NCBI GenBank assembly: GCA_038870455.1
Contig: JAWCPB010000003.1
Span: 1 to 50,076, forward strand
From: Candidatus Micrarchaeia archaeon
Lineage (GTDB): Archaea; Micrarchaeota; Micrarchaeia; Burarchaeales; JACRGF01
Direction: 5' to 3'
Length of the DNA: 50,076 nucleotides
A model generated the notes under the pieces. That model searched no databases and was not told the DNA's origin. It worked only from the letters and a program-made list of their open reading frames with translations. Positions 1 through 8,333 of the stretch are shown piece after piece. The translations under genes and the position numbers were made by a program. Position 1 is the first letter of the stretch. Every line of letters begins with the position of its first letter.

Positions 1-455
1 AGGTAGGGCTGGATGGGAAGTACGGCAGGACGGAGGAGGAGAGGGCGGGGCAGAGGGAGTGTTTCGAGGCGTTCGTCGAAAAAGCGCTGGAAAAAAACCT
101 GCCGCTCGTGATTCACTCCAGGCAGGCCGAGCGGGAAGTGCTGGAAGTGCTGGCCGAGAGGAGAGCGGAGAGGGTGCTCCTCCACTGCTTTTCCGGAAAG
201 GCGGAGCAGGCGCTGGAGGCGGCGGAGAGGGGATTCCTGTTCTCCATACCACCCGTGTCAAGCAAGGAAAGAAGGAAAATCGCGAGGGAGATTCCGCTCG
301 AAAAACTTCTGCTCGAGAGCGACGCGCCCTATCTCGGCAGGGAGCCGACAGATATATTAAAGAGCGCGCAGATTATCGCGGGAGAAAAAGGGCTGGAGGT
401 TGAGACGGTGGTCGCCGCCACCGCGGAAAACGCGCGGAGGTTCTACGGGCTGTGA
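1..455 (+). CDS. TatD-family metal-dependent hydrolase, 5' end cut by window edge
   Basis: The reading frame stays open from position 3. GLDGKY...ECFEAFVEKALEKNLPLVIHSRQAE, LHCFSG and LLLESDAPYLG are typical TatD/YcfH motifs. The track ORF 108..455 is only the GTG-initiated tail. Confidence 0.8.
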   Translation, partial: VGLDGKYGRTEEERAGQRECFEAFVEKALEKNLPLVIHSRQAEREVLEVLAERRAERVLLHCFSGKAEQALEAAERGFLFSIPPVSSKERRKIAREIPLEKLLLESDAPYLGREPTDILKSAQIIAGEKGLEVETVVAATAENARRFYGL

Positions 456-488
456 GGTGTTGCTCTGGTCATAGAGAGGCTCAAGCGA

Positions 489-920
489 ATGTTTTTGAGG
501 AGGGAGGAGAGGAACATCGCCCTGCTCGTCGACGGGCCGAACATAATAAGGAAGGAAATGAACATCGACCTCCTCGATGTCAAGAGGAAGGTGGAGAAGC
601 ACGGGAGGATAAAGGTGTGCAAGATTTTCCTTGACCAGTACGCGAGCGACAAGCTCATCGAGGCGATGGCGAACCAGGGGTTCGAGCCGGTCATAACAAC
701 GGGCGACGTGGATGTGACGATGGCCGTCGAGGCCATGGCGTGCGTGTTCAACCCGAACATCCATGCGCTCGCGCTCATGACGAGAGACATCGACTTCAGG
801 CCCGTGCTCGTGAGGGCCAAGGAAGCCGGAAAGGAGACGATAATAATAGGCGCCGAGCCTGGCTTCAGCGTCGCGCTCCGCAACACCGCGGACATCGTGA
901 TCATGGCGAGCCAGAGGTAG
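489..920 (+). CDS. NYN/LabA-like (DUF88) domain protein
   Basis: 143 aa. Contains NIALLVDGPNI...DVDVTMAVEAM...ALMTRDIDFRPVLVRAKEAGKETIIIG, the PIN-like NYN pattern of acidic residues. Confidence 0.6.
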   Translation: MFLRREERNIALLVDGPNIIRKEMNIDLLDVKRKVEKHGRIKVCKIFLDQYASDKLIEAMANQGFEPVITTGDVDVTMAVEAMACVFNPNIHALALMTRDIDFRPVLVRAKEAGKETIIIGAEPGFSVALRNTADIVIMASQR

Positions 921-922
921 CA

Positions 923-1198
<276 letters not shown>

Positions 1199-1200
1199 GC

Positions 1201-1728
1201 TCACTGCGCGACGGAAGGAGGAGGCGGGGGAGAGCGGGCCCTCTCGGCTTTTTCCGGCTTCACGTACTCCACGAGCGCGCCCTTCTCAAAAGCGCCCTCA
1301 ATGAGCTTGAACGAGCTGTCGCGGTCGTCCCAGTCAACGAGAATGGTGAGCGAGTCGTAGGAAGAGGAGACGCCGAGGATGTTGATGAACTTCTTGGCGA
1401 GCGGCTCGGTGAGGCGCACGAGCACGCCCGGCTGCTCGGCGACCTCGTCGCCCGTGATGGTTATCATGGCGACGTTCTCACGCATGGTCACGGCGTCGAA
1501 CGCGCAGTCCTTGATGATGACGTGAGAGAGCGCCTCGTGCGCGCGCTTGCCATCCGCCTGGTCGACCGCGAACGTGACGCTGTACTCGCCGGTGCCAACG
1601 CTGTAGATGTTAATCATCCTGTCGGCGAGAGCCTGCGAGAGACGCGCGAGCACGCCGGGCACGATGCGCACCTTCTCGCCCGTCACGGTGATGAGCGCGA
1701 TGGGGCGCTTGTACATCTTCAAGTCCAT
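1201..1728 (-). CDS. Tandem ACT-domain protein (aspartokinase C-terminal-like regulatory domains)
   Basis: Two repeats of the pattern IALITVTGEKV..PGVLARL / VAMITITGDEVAEQPGVLVRL. ATG at 1728 lies about 25 nt downstream of the box acttaaataac (1750-1760, minus strand), suggesting a leaderless mRNA. The track start at 1749 is TTG. Confidence 0.6.
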   Translation of the reverse strand: MDLKMYKRPIALITVTGEKVRIVPGVLARLSQALADRMINIYSVGTGEYSVTFAVDQADGKRAHEALSHVIIKDCAFDAVTMRENVAMITITGDEVAEQPGVLVRLTEPLAKKFINILGVSSSYDSLTILVDWDDRDSSFKLIEGAFEKGALVEYVKPEKAERARSPPPPPSVAQ

Positions 1729-1850
1729 GCAGTTTTTTAGGTGAAACAAGTTATTTAAGTTTGCGAAAGCCAGGTTTGCCTCGCATACGGCAGCAAACTA
1801 CGAGCTCACAAAGAAATAAATGGCTTGGCCGCCAAAATGTTTTTTGCTAT

Positions 1851-2004
1851 GGGCTCGTAGCTCAGTGGTAAACCCTTTTGCGCTGAGGCGCAAAAGCGTT
1901 TACGGAAAATGGTTCACTATAGAGCGCCCGCTTGGCGTGCGGGAGGCCAGGGGTTCGAAGCAAACTGCGACATTTCACAGTTTGTGAAAATCCCCTCGAG
2001 TCCA
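1851..2004 (+). tRNA. tRNA-Ala(GGC) interrupted by two non-canonical introns: D-loop about 1871-1920, T-loop about 1960-1990
   Basis: Exons assemble to GGGCTCG TA GCTC AGTGGTA(A) GAGC G CCCGC TTGGCGT GCGGG AGGCC AGGGG TTCGAAT CCCCT CGAGTCC A. All four stems pair, the G3:U70 alanine identity pair is present and the anticodon is GGC. Intron 1 contains the perfect hairpin CTTTTGCGC-TGAG-GCGCAAAAG. Intron 2 contains CAAACTG-N10-CAGTTTG. No CCA is encoded. Exact splice junctions are ambiguous by 1-2 nt. Confidence 0.8.
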
Positions 2005-2007
2005 TAA

Positions 2008-2093
2008 GACAAAGGGGGAAGTATCCCCCCTTCGTCCTAGACCTTCCCTAGACAAAGGGGGGAAGTATCCCCCCTTCGTCCTGGACCTTCCCC
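2008..2093. repeat. Tandem direct repeat, 2 units of about 43 nt, each folding into a G6/C6-rich hairpin
   Basis: Unit 1 is gacaaagggggaagtatccccccttcgtcctagaccttccc and unit 2 is gacaaaggggggaagtatccccccttcgtcctggaccttccc. Each contains GAC(A)AAGGGGG-AAGTAT-CCCCCTTCGTC, an 11-bp stem with one mismatch. Confidence 0.85.
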
Positions 2094-2118
2094 CCTCGGA
2101 TAAAGCATTGATGGAAAA

Positions 2119-2188
2119 GGGAGGGGTCAGGAGGAACCTCAAACCTAGGGGGAACCGAAGGTGCCCCCTGGGTTCGGAGCGGTTCGGA
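2119..2188. repeat. Copy A of a ~57-60 nt structured GC-rich element (copy B is at 46857-46913), followed by a short ggttcggag x2 duplication abutting tRNA-Val
   Basis: GGGAGGGGTCAGGAGGAACCT (2119-2139), hairpin AGGGGG-N11-CCCCCT (2147-2169), and GGTTCGG (2171-2177, repeated at 2181-2187). Confidence 0.6.
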
Positions 2189-2260
2189 GGGCTCGTAGTC
2201 GAATGGTAAGACGTCACCCTGACACGGTGAAGATTCGGTGTTCGATTCACCGCGAGCCCA
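2189..2260 (+). tRNA. tRNA-Val(GAC), intron-less
   Basis: GGGCTCG TA GTCG AATGGTAA GAC G TCACC CTGACAC GGTGA AGATT CGGTG TTCGATT CACCG CGAGCCC A. Good cloverleaf, 72 nt, no encoded CCA. No TATA box lies upstream, so it is probably co-transcribed with tRNA-Ala. Confidence 0.9.
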
Positions 2261-3925
2261 TCAGGAATACGCAATGTCCAGCAGGGCTGTTTTTCCGCGC
2301 ACGGCGCAGGCGGGCGTGGGAGGCGAGGCGGAGTAGTTCAGGGTGAGCAGGCGCACGCTCACTCCCTCGGCGAGAGGCAACATCCCTCCCTCGGCGAGGC
2401 GAGCTTCCCTCAGCGTTCCGGAAAAGTTCGTGCGCACGACGGCAGAGGGGGCGGAGACCACGCACTCGCCATCCCGCAGCGCGAGGGTCGCGTTCGCCGC
2501 GACGAACTCGAGTGAGAAGTCCGAAGAGATGCTTGCCGAAGAGCCAGCGGGCAAGGCGAGCGTGTTTGTCTGCGGGGCGCTGAGCTCGAGATGGGCGGAG
2601 GTGTTGACAACAGTGCAGGAGCCGAGCGTGGGAGGAGAGGTTTCCACGCGGATTTCCCTCACAAGAGCCGAGAGCGGGCCGACTGAGAGGGATTGCCCCT
2701 CAGCGAGCACTTGGGCGCGCCTCTCGAGCGGAGTGGCCAGCTGGAGGAGAACGCTTTTTTCAGAAACAGGGCAGGCCGAGGCCGGCGCGGTTATTTCGAG
2801 GGAAATTGACTGGGGAGAAGAGATGCACGCGCCAGTCGAGTGGTTGAGGAAAAACACTTGGTCGAGGTCGGCAACGTGCAGCGCGTGGCCTGGCCCCAGC
2901 TCGAGCCACTGCCCTTTTTCAACTGGGTAGGCGGTGGTCATCCTGCCGAAAGGCGTCACCTCGAGGGTGGCGCGCTCGCTGGCGTGGGAGCACGGGGCTG
3001 TTGAGGAATAGGTCAGCTCAACGCTCTCGCCCGTGGTCGTGCAGCCCCGCTGGTCCGGATTCACCGTCTCGCTGATTTTATTTACATAGATGAAAGCGCC
3101 TTCCGGGGAAACATAAGCCTGCTTCTCGCGCAGCGTGACCTCGCTTGTGCCGTACGGCGAGTGGATGGAGAGGGTCACTTCCTCATCCAACACGTTGCAC
3201 GACCAAGAGGGGTAGAGGGGGGTGGTGAGCGTGATGTCGAAGCCTGTCACCTTAATGGACTCGGAGCCGACCGAGACCGAGTCGCCCTCGCGCAGGGTCG
3301 AGCGCGAGAGCGATACCGCGAGCGCGTGCGAGATGTTCTGGGGAGGGAGATAAACGCGGTAAGAGCCGTTCGAGACAGAATAGGAAGAGCCGGCCGCGAG
3401 CGTCGTCTTCGTCATAACTGGAGCGGCGAGGCCGACCGTCTTACGAATTGACAGCACCGCCACAGAGCCACCGTCAAGCGAGAGCGCCGCGCCCTCGGCT
3501 AGAGAGGCGTTGCGCGGAAACCGCGCGGTGACGTTGAACACGGCACTCTCGGCGGAAAGAGAACACTCTCCAGTCCGCTCGGGAACCGCGTCGAGCGCCA
3601 CCCCGCGCAGGGTGATCGAAGCGCGGCCGAACAACGCAGTCTGGCCCTCGGCAAGCTGCAGGTCGGCCGGCCCGAGGCCCGGGGCTGTCGCCTGAAGCAG
3701 CATGCTCCCGCCCACCGCGGTGCAGGTGCGGTTGTCAGGTGAGAGCGATGGGGTTGCGCTGATGCGCACGGCCCTCAGCAGAAGGTCGCCCACCATGAGC
3801 GTGCCGCCCTCGCTGAGGTTGGCGCTCTGGAAAAGCGGGAAAGAATAGTTGGCTGAAGGGGGCGCAGGAGGGGCCGCGCAGCCGAAGAAGAGAGCTACAA
3901 TGAAAGCAAGCCAAAGGCCACGCAT
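2261..3925 (-). CDS. Secreted or lipid-anchored surface protein built from about 9 divergent ~55-aa repeats, each with one Cys; many N-glycosylation sequons
   Basis: The preferred start MRGLWLAFIVALFFGC (3925) gives a signal peptide with a lipobox-like FFGC. The repeat pattern L.EG..L...(10-15)...(V/I).(V/I)...C....A.L.(V/I) recurs, e.g. LQLAEGQTALFG..GECSLSAESAVFNV, QVLAEGQSLSVG..GSCTVVNTSAHLEL, ARLAEGGMLPLA..PACAVRGKTALLDI. At least 10 NxS/T sites. The stop codon abuts the tRNA-Val 3' end. Confidence 0.65.
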   Translation of the reverse strand: MRGLWLAFIVALFFGCAAPPAPPSANYSFPLFQSANLSEGGTLMVGDLLLRAVRISATPSLSPDNRTCTAVGGSMLLQATAPGLGPADLQLAEGQTALFGRASITLRGVALDAVPERTGECSLSAESAVFNVTARFPRNASLAEGAALSLDGGSVAVLSIRKTVGLAAPVMTKTTLAAGSSYSVSNGSYRVYLPPQNISHALAVSLSRSTLREGDSVSVGSESIKVTGFDITLTTPLYPSWSCNVLDEEVTLSIHSPYGTSEVTLREKQAYVSPEGAFIYVNKISETVNPDQRGCTTTGESVELTYSSTAPCSHASERATLEVTPFGRMTTAYPVEKGQWLELGPGHALHVADLDQVFFLNHSTGACISSPQSISLEITAPASACPVSEKSVLLQLATPLERRAQVLAEGQSLSVGPLSALVREIRVETSPPTLGSCTVVNTSAHLELSAPQTNTLALPAGSSASISSDFSLEFVAANATLALRDGECVVSAPSAVVRTNFSGTLREARLAEGGMLPLAEGVSVRLLTLNYSASPPTPACAVRGKTALLDIAYS

Positions 3926-3946
3926 GAAGAAAGATTTCCCTAGGGG

Positions 3947-3955
3947 TTTAAGAAA
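3947..3955. promoter_or_regulatory. Single A/T box (tttaagaaa) equidistant from two divergent start codons; putative shared bidirectional TATA
   Basis: The box lies 22-30 nt from ATG 3925 (minus) and 21-29 nt from ATG 3976 (plus). Both mRNAs would be leaderless. Confidence 0.4.
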
Positions 3956-3975
3956 CTGTTGGCTGAAACAAGAGC

Positions 3976-4302
3976 ATGCTCCTGGTTTTCGTCTCATTCG
4001 CAAGCGAAATGGAGGCGAGGAGGATTTGCGAGGCGCTCGTGAAGGAAAAACTGTGCGCGTGCGCCAGCCTCTACCCGGTTCGCTCGATTTACGGGTGGAA
4101 AGGCAAACTGGTCAAGGAAGGAGAGTGGGAGGCCGCGCTCAAGTGCAGCGAGAGAAAGTGGGGGAGGCTGCAGAGGCGCATCAAGGAACTGCACTCCTAT
4201 GAAGTGCCGCAGATCATCGCGGTGAAAGCGCGCGCTAATGCGGAGTATGCCCGGTGGGTTGAGGGGGCTAGCCCTCCTTTTCCCTCGCCTCTTCCGGTAT
4301 GA
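3976..4302 (+). CDS. cutA: Divalent-cation tolerance protein CutA
   Basis: 108 aa. Contains LVFVSFASEMEARRICEALVKEKLCACASLYPVRSIYGWKGKL...ELHSYEVPQIIA, the canonical CutA1 pattern. Confidence 0.85.
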   Translation: MLLVFVSFASEMEARRICEALVKEKLCACASLYPVRSIYGWKGKLVKEGEWEAALKCSERKWGRLQRRIKELHSYEVPQIIAVKARANAEYARWVEGASPPFPSPLPV

Positions 4303-4430
4303 GCGCCTGTAACATTTTCTTCAGCGAGAGGCCCAGCAGCGAGCCTTCGACGGATTCGACCGCGGCAGACGCTGTGCCCGCGATTTCTTCATCGGCCATG
4401 AGAAGGCTATGGCAAAAGGGAGTAATAAAG

Positions 4431-5489
4431 CTATCGCAGCAGGCCGGCGAACCAGATGTCGAGCAGGAAGAGAATGAGCCCGAACACGAGAAGGGTAGTG
4501 AAGATAAAGACGGGCAGGAGCTTGAAGCCCGCGCGCTTGCTGCCAGTCTGAATGATTGAGATGATGAGGGCTGCGCTCAGCGAGGTGAGCAGCGAGGCCG
4601 CGATCGCGAACACGAGGAAGTCGCCCGAGGAGATCGTGGGGGCCGAGGGGGTGAGCAGGCCGACGCTCGGAAGGCCCTTGAGAGGCGGAAGCTGAGCCCA
4701 AATAAACTCGAGCACCGAGACGAGCTTGTAGGAAACGGCGTACAGGAAGGGCGCGCCGGCCAGGCTGGCGAATGCTATGAAGATGATGTACATGAGCATC
4801 GAGGCGGAAACCTCCTTGTAGAGAATCTGCAGGTTCTTGATGTCGATACCTGTGCGCTCGAGAATCTCGCCCATCTCGCCGCCGCTCGCCATGCCCTGCT
4901 TTATGAGCACAATGGTGCGCGTGAGGTACTTGGAGTTGAAGCGCGCTGCGAGCTTGTCGAGCGAGGCGGCGAAGGGCTCGCCCCCGAAAGTCCTCTTGGC
5001 CGCCAGCTCAACCTCCTGCGACAGCAGGCCGAACTCAGGACGCGCGGCGTACCATAGCGACTGGTCGACGGGCATGCCGGCGCGCACGTTCGCGGCCGCG
5101 AGCTGCAGGAAGTCCGGCAGGTAGAGTTCGACGACGCGTTTGCGTGCATCGATGCGCAGCAGCAGAAATACATAGGCGAGAAGAATGATGATGCCGGAGA
5201 AGATGAGCAGGCAGGCGAGCAGGAGAATAACCACCGAGAGCGTGCCCGCGGTGGCCGAGAGCGACGGTGAGAGGGCCATGAGCAGGCGGCCGAGCTCCGG
5301 AACCGTTCGGGGAAGGAACTGCAGGATGGAGAAGAACGCGAGGACCGAGACGAGGATGCTTGAGAGCATGACGAAGCCCGCCGCGCTCTCGGCCGGCACA
5401 TCGAGGCCGGCCGCGCCCAGCGCCTCCTCTATCTGCCTCACGCGGCTTCTCGGAAGCAGCCGCCCGACAGCGGCGAAGGCGCCTGTCAT
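4431..5489 (-). CDS. Type II secretion system F-domain platform protein, TadC/EpdK-like (single T2SSF domain)
   Basis: Polytopic membrane protein with a cytoplasmic T2SSF-like helical domain (LPDFLQLAAANVRAGMPVDQSLWYAARPEFGLLSQEVELAAKR). ATG 5489 follows the upstream TAA stop by 1 nt. Confidence 0.75.
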   Translation of the reverse strand: MTGAFAAVGRLLPRSRVRQIEEALGAAGLDVPAESAAGFVMLSSILVSVLAFFSILQFLPRTVPELGRLLMALSPSLSATAGTLSVVILLLACLLIFSGIIILLAYVFLLLRIDARKRVVELYLPDFLQLAAANVRAGMPVDQSLWYAARPEFGLLSQEVELAAKRTFGGEPFAASLDKLAARFNSKYLTRTIVLIKQGMASGGEMGEILERTGIDIKNLQILYKEVSASMLMYIIFIAFASLAGAPFLYAVSYKLVSVLEFIWAQLPPLKGLPSVGLLTPSAPTISSGDFLVFAIAASLLTSLSAALIISIIQTGSKRAGFKLLPVFIFTTLLVFGLILFLLDIWFAGLLR

Positions 5490-5490
5490 G

Positions 5491-6411
5491 TTACACCTCA
5501 AACCTCGGCCTCGAGCTCTCTATCATCGACATGAAGATGAACTGCACGAGGCCCAGCAGCACGAAAGCGGCCGCGAGAATCTTCGCGTCGGCCGGCACAC
5601 TCAGGAAGGAGATGAGGATGATGGCAAGCGCCACGCCGAGGCTCGGGATGATGATGCCGAAAATCATGTAGAACATGGCGAGCGGGTTGAGCTTTTGGCC
5701 GTAGGACTTGATCTCGATGACCTGCTCGCGTGAAAGCTGGTCGAGGATGTTCTCGAGCGCGGCGGCCACGTCGCTGCCCGAGCGCAGCGAATTCACGAGC
5801 TGGAGGATGACGCGCCGCATGGCCGCTGACGGAACCTCCTCGCTGACGTCGTGCATGGCGACATCGGCCGGAACGCCCACGTTAATGCGCTCGAGAATGC
5901 GCGAGAAAATCCTGCTCACCTCGCCATAGTCTTTTGTTATGTGCAGCATGGCGTCGAAAAGAGGGACGCCAGCGTGCAGCTCGATGAGCAGGTGCCTGCC
6001 GGCGAACACCAGGTCCTTGTCGATCTCGCGCGCCTTCTGCTCCACCCTAACTCTCGGAACCTGAAGGCCGTACCAGAAGAACAGCGGAAAGGCGACAACT
6101 ACGACAGGCAGGAGTAGCAGCGTGCTGACGTTCGCGGTGACGAACACCATGAAAAGCAATACTATCACTATGGCGGTCAAAATGACAGCAGACGTGAAGG
6201 TCTTGGCGACAAAGGAAACGGGCTCGTCGGCCATGTCTGCCTGGCGCAGCCTCCTCTTCAGGTCGGGAAACCTCGCCGCAATGGAGGCGAGGAAAACGCG
6301 AAACGCGCTCGGCCCCTCGGCGGGAGCGAGCTTCGGGGGCGCGTGAGGCTCTCTCGCGAGGGCAGAGGGCCTGCGCTCTGGCTCAATCCGCTCCTTCCTC
6401 GGTTCAGCCAT
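5491..6411 (-). CDS. Type II secretion system F-domain platform protein, TadB/EpdJ-like
   Basis: Contains DLVFAGRHLLIELHAGVPLFDAMLHITKDYGEVSRIFSRILERINVGVP plus flanking TM helices. It is a paralogue of the downstream gene, giving the split platform seen in Tad/Epd systems. Confidence 0.75.
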   Translation of the reverse strand: MAEPRKERIEPERRPSALAREPHAPPKLAPAEGPSAFRVFLASIAARFPDLKRRLRQADMADEPVSFVAKTFTSAVILTAIVIVLLFMVFVTANVSTLLLLPVVVVAFPLFFWYGLQVPRVRVEQKAREIDKDLVFAGRHLLIELHAGVPLFDAMLHITKDYGEVSRIFSRILERINVGVPADVAMHDVSEEVPSAAMRRVILQLVNSLRSGSDVAAALENILDQLSREQVIEIKSYGQKLNPLAMFYMIFGIIIPSLGVALAIILISFLSVPADAKILAAAFVLLGLVQFIFMSMIESSRPRFEV

Positions 6412-6447
6412 GCCCAGCGCCTCGCTAATACCTCTTTTCCACGGTTT

Positions 6448-6843
6448 TTATTTCTTTGCGTTTGACGCGCCATTTCCCCCCTTGTCCTCTGTTCCCTTTA
6501 GACTCTTCTGCAGCGCCTTGAAGCCCTCTGCCCCCAGCCTAGGGCCGGCCAGCTCGGGCTTGGGCTTTCCCGCGCCGTAAACCGCCTCGGCAAGCCGCAG
6601 CGCCCGCACCTTGTTTATCTTGGCTATCTCGTTGAGAGCGTCCCAGTAGCTCATTCCGGCTATGTCAGGCGGAGAAGGATCGACGAAGCGCAGCTCGCCC
6701 GCCACGGCGAGCACAGCGGGCTTCGGCGGAAGCGCCTTCCGCTCAAGACCCCTCACCTCCTTGACAAGGTCAAGAAAAGACTTCGCGGCCGGTCTGGCAG
6801 CCTCAGGCTTGGCTTCGGGCTTGGCGGGCTCAGGCATTTTCAT
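6448..6843 (-). CDS. Hypothetical soluble protein in the pilus-machinery operon (Pro/Lys/Ala-rich ends)
   Basis: ATGA overlap with the ATPase stop. No TM segment, no class III signal peptide and no recognisable domain. Confidence 0.5.
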   Translation of the reverse strand: MKMPEPAKPEAKPEAARPAAKSFLDLVKEVRGLERKALPPKPAVLAVAGELRFVDPSPPDIAGMSYWDALNEIAKINKVRALRLAEAVYGAGKPKPELAGPRLGAEGFKALQKSLKGTEDKGGNGASNAKK

Positions 6844-8333
6844 CCCTCGAAAGGCTTATCGGCGCGCACGAGCTCCAGAATCTCCTGCGTGGAGGAGTAG
6901 TAGCGCGCGACGACCGCGCCCACGGCATCCACATCCTTGATGCCGTGCCTCACCATCCAGGCCAGCACGCTGGCCTTCTCGGCGATGTCGTCTTCCACTT
7001 CCTTGGCGGTCATGCCGGCGTACAGGGTGAGCGTATCCACGAGCGAGCTCATGGCGTTCACCTCCCTCAGCGCGTCGGCCTTGACGTCCCACCTGTACAG
7101 CACGCTGGCATCGCCGCTCTTCAGCACCTCGGCGAACTCGAGCGTGCGGCGTATGCCGAGCTTGCGGTTGCGGTACTGGACGACGATGGCCGAGAGCGCG
7201 GACAGCACTGACTTGGGCATGTCGATGGGAGGGGAGGTGAGGCGCGTGATGGTCTCGGCCGCGTTGTCGGCGTGAAGCGTGGCGTACACGGCGTGGCCCG
7301 TGTGCATGGCCTCGAAAAGGATCTCGGCCTCGCGCTGCTTCCTCACCTCGCCGACCACTATGCGGTCCGGCCTCATCCTCAGGCTGTTCACCATGAGGTC
7401 GAGCATGGTCACCTCGCCCTTGCCCTCGGGATTCGGCTCGCGCGTGGAGAGCGCCACCCACTGCAGGAACCTGGGCAGGGTGATCTCCCGCGTGTCCTCG
7501 ATGCTGATGACCCTCTGGGTGGGCGGGAAAAAGCAGGCGATGGCGTTGAGGAAGGAGGTCTTGCCCGAGCCCGAGCCGCCGCTGATGAGCAGGGACAGCT
7601 CGTTCTGGATGCACGTCCAGATGAGGCCGGCGACGCGCGTGTCGATCGTCTTCAGCTCGATGAGCGTGGGAATCGTCCAGGGGTTGCGCGAGAATTTGCG
7701 GATGGTGAGCGTGTTGCCGAATGAGGATATGGGGAACAGCGTGGCGTTCACGCGGTCGCCAGTGGCGAGGTGGGCGTCCATGAGGGGGTTGAGGATGTTG
7801 AGCTGCTTGCCCACCCTCCTGCCGATCATGCTGGAATAATCGAACACCGCGTCATCCGTCTTGAGGTTGATGTTGGTCTTGCACCAGCCAAAGCTCTTGT
7901 GATAAACCCACACGGGCTCCTTGCCCGAATTCACCACGACCTCCTCAAGGTTCTCGTCGTGCATGGGCGCCTCGAGCTCGCCGAGCCCCAGCGTGTTCAT
8001 GAGAAGGTACGACGCGAGCACGCGGCGCGAGGCCGCGTCGAGGGTGGGAAAGTGCCGCTCGAGCAGGCGGGCGCTCTTCTCCTCAAATTTTTTCTTCACC
8101 GCCAGCGCCTGCTTGGGGTCCACTATCTCGCTGATGTCGAGCTTGACTTCGGTGATGAGCTCGCCCCTTATCTGGGTGTTGAGCACGAGCTTGGTGCCCT
8201 CGGCGAGACCGGGAATGCTCACATCGTAGAGCGGCACGAACTCGCCCGGCCTCCGCACGATGCGCACGTTGACCGGCATGCCCTCTGCATCGAATGAATA
8301 GGTTGCAAGCGTTTGCTCTTGCATGATGCTCAC
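6840..8333 (-). CDS. Type II/IV secretion-family ATPase (archaeal PilB/ArlI/EpdL/TadA-like, GspE superfamily)
   Basis: Walker A LLISGGSGSGKTSFLNA. Also contains RVISIEDTREI, RMRPDRIVVGEVR and FEAMHTGHAVYATLHA (Asp and His boxes). The start is GTG 8333 (GTGA overlap) or ATG 8324. Confidence 0.9.
   Translation of the reverse strand: MSIMQEQTLATYSFDAEGMPVNVRIVRRPGEFVPLYDVSIPGLAEGTKLVLNTQIRGELITEVKLDISEIVDPKQALAVKKKFEEKSARLLERHFPTLDAASRRVLASYLLMNTLGLGELEAPMHDENLEEVVVNSGKEPVWVYHKSFGWCKTNINLKTDDAVFDYSSMIGRRVGKQLNILNPLMDAHLATGDRVNATLFPISSFGNTLTIRKFSRNPWTIPTLIELKTIDTRVAGLIWTCIQNELSLLISGGSGSGKTSFLNAIACFFPPTQRVISIEDTREITLPRFLQWVALSTREPNPEGKGEVTMLDLMVNSLRMRPDRIVVGEVRKQREAEILFEAMHTGHAVYATLHADNAAETITRLTSPPIDMPKSVLSALSAIVVQYRNRKLGIRRTLEFAEVLKSGDASVLYRWDVKADALREVNAMSSLVDTLTLYAGMTAKEVEDDIAEKASVLAWMVRHGIKDVDAVGAVVARYYSSTQEILELVRADKPFEG

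Noticed and set aside
2008-2093. Possible CRISPR array or leader because of repeated hairpin units.
   Set aside because: There are only two directly abutting 43-nt units with no intervening unique spacers and no cas genes in the window. It is treated as a tandem repeat.
6448-6843. The 131-aa operon protein (and a 43-aa ORF at about 4270-4401, minus strand) as the missing pilin or Flp subunit of the Epd/Tad-like system.
   Set aside because: Neither has a class III signal peptide or a hydrophobic N-terminal helix. The 131-aa protein is hydrophilic throughout, and the 43-aa ORF overlaps the cutA 3' end.
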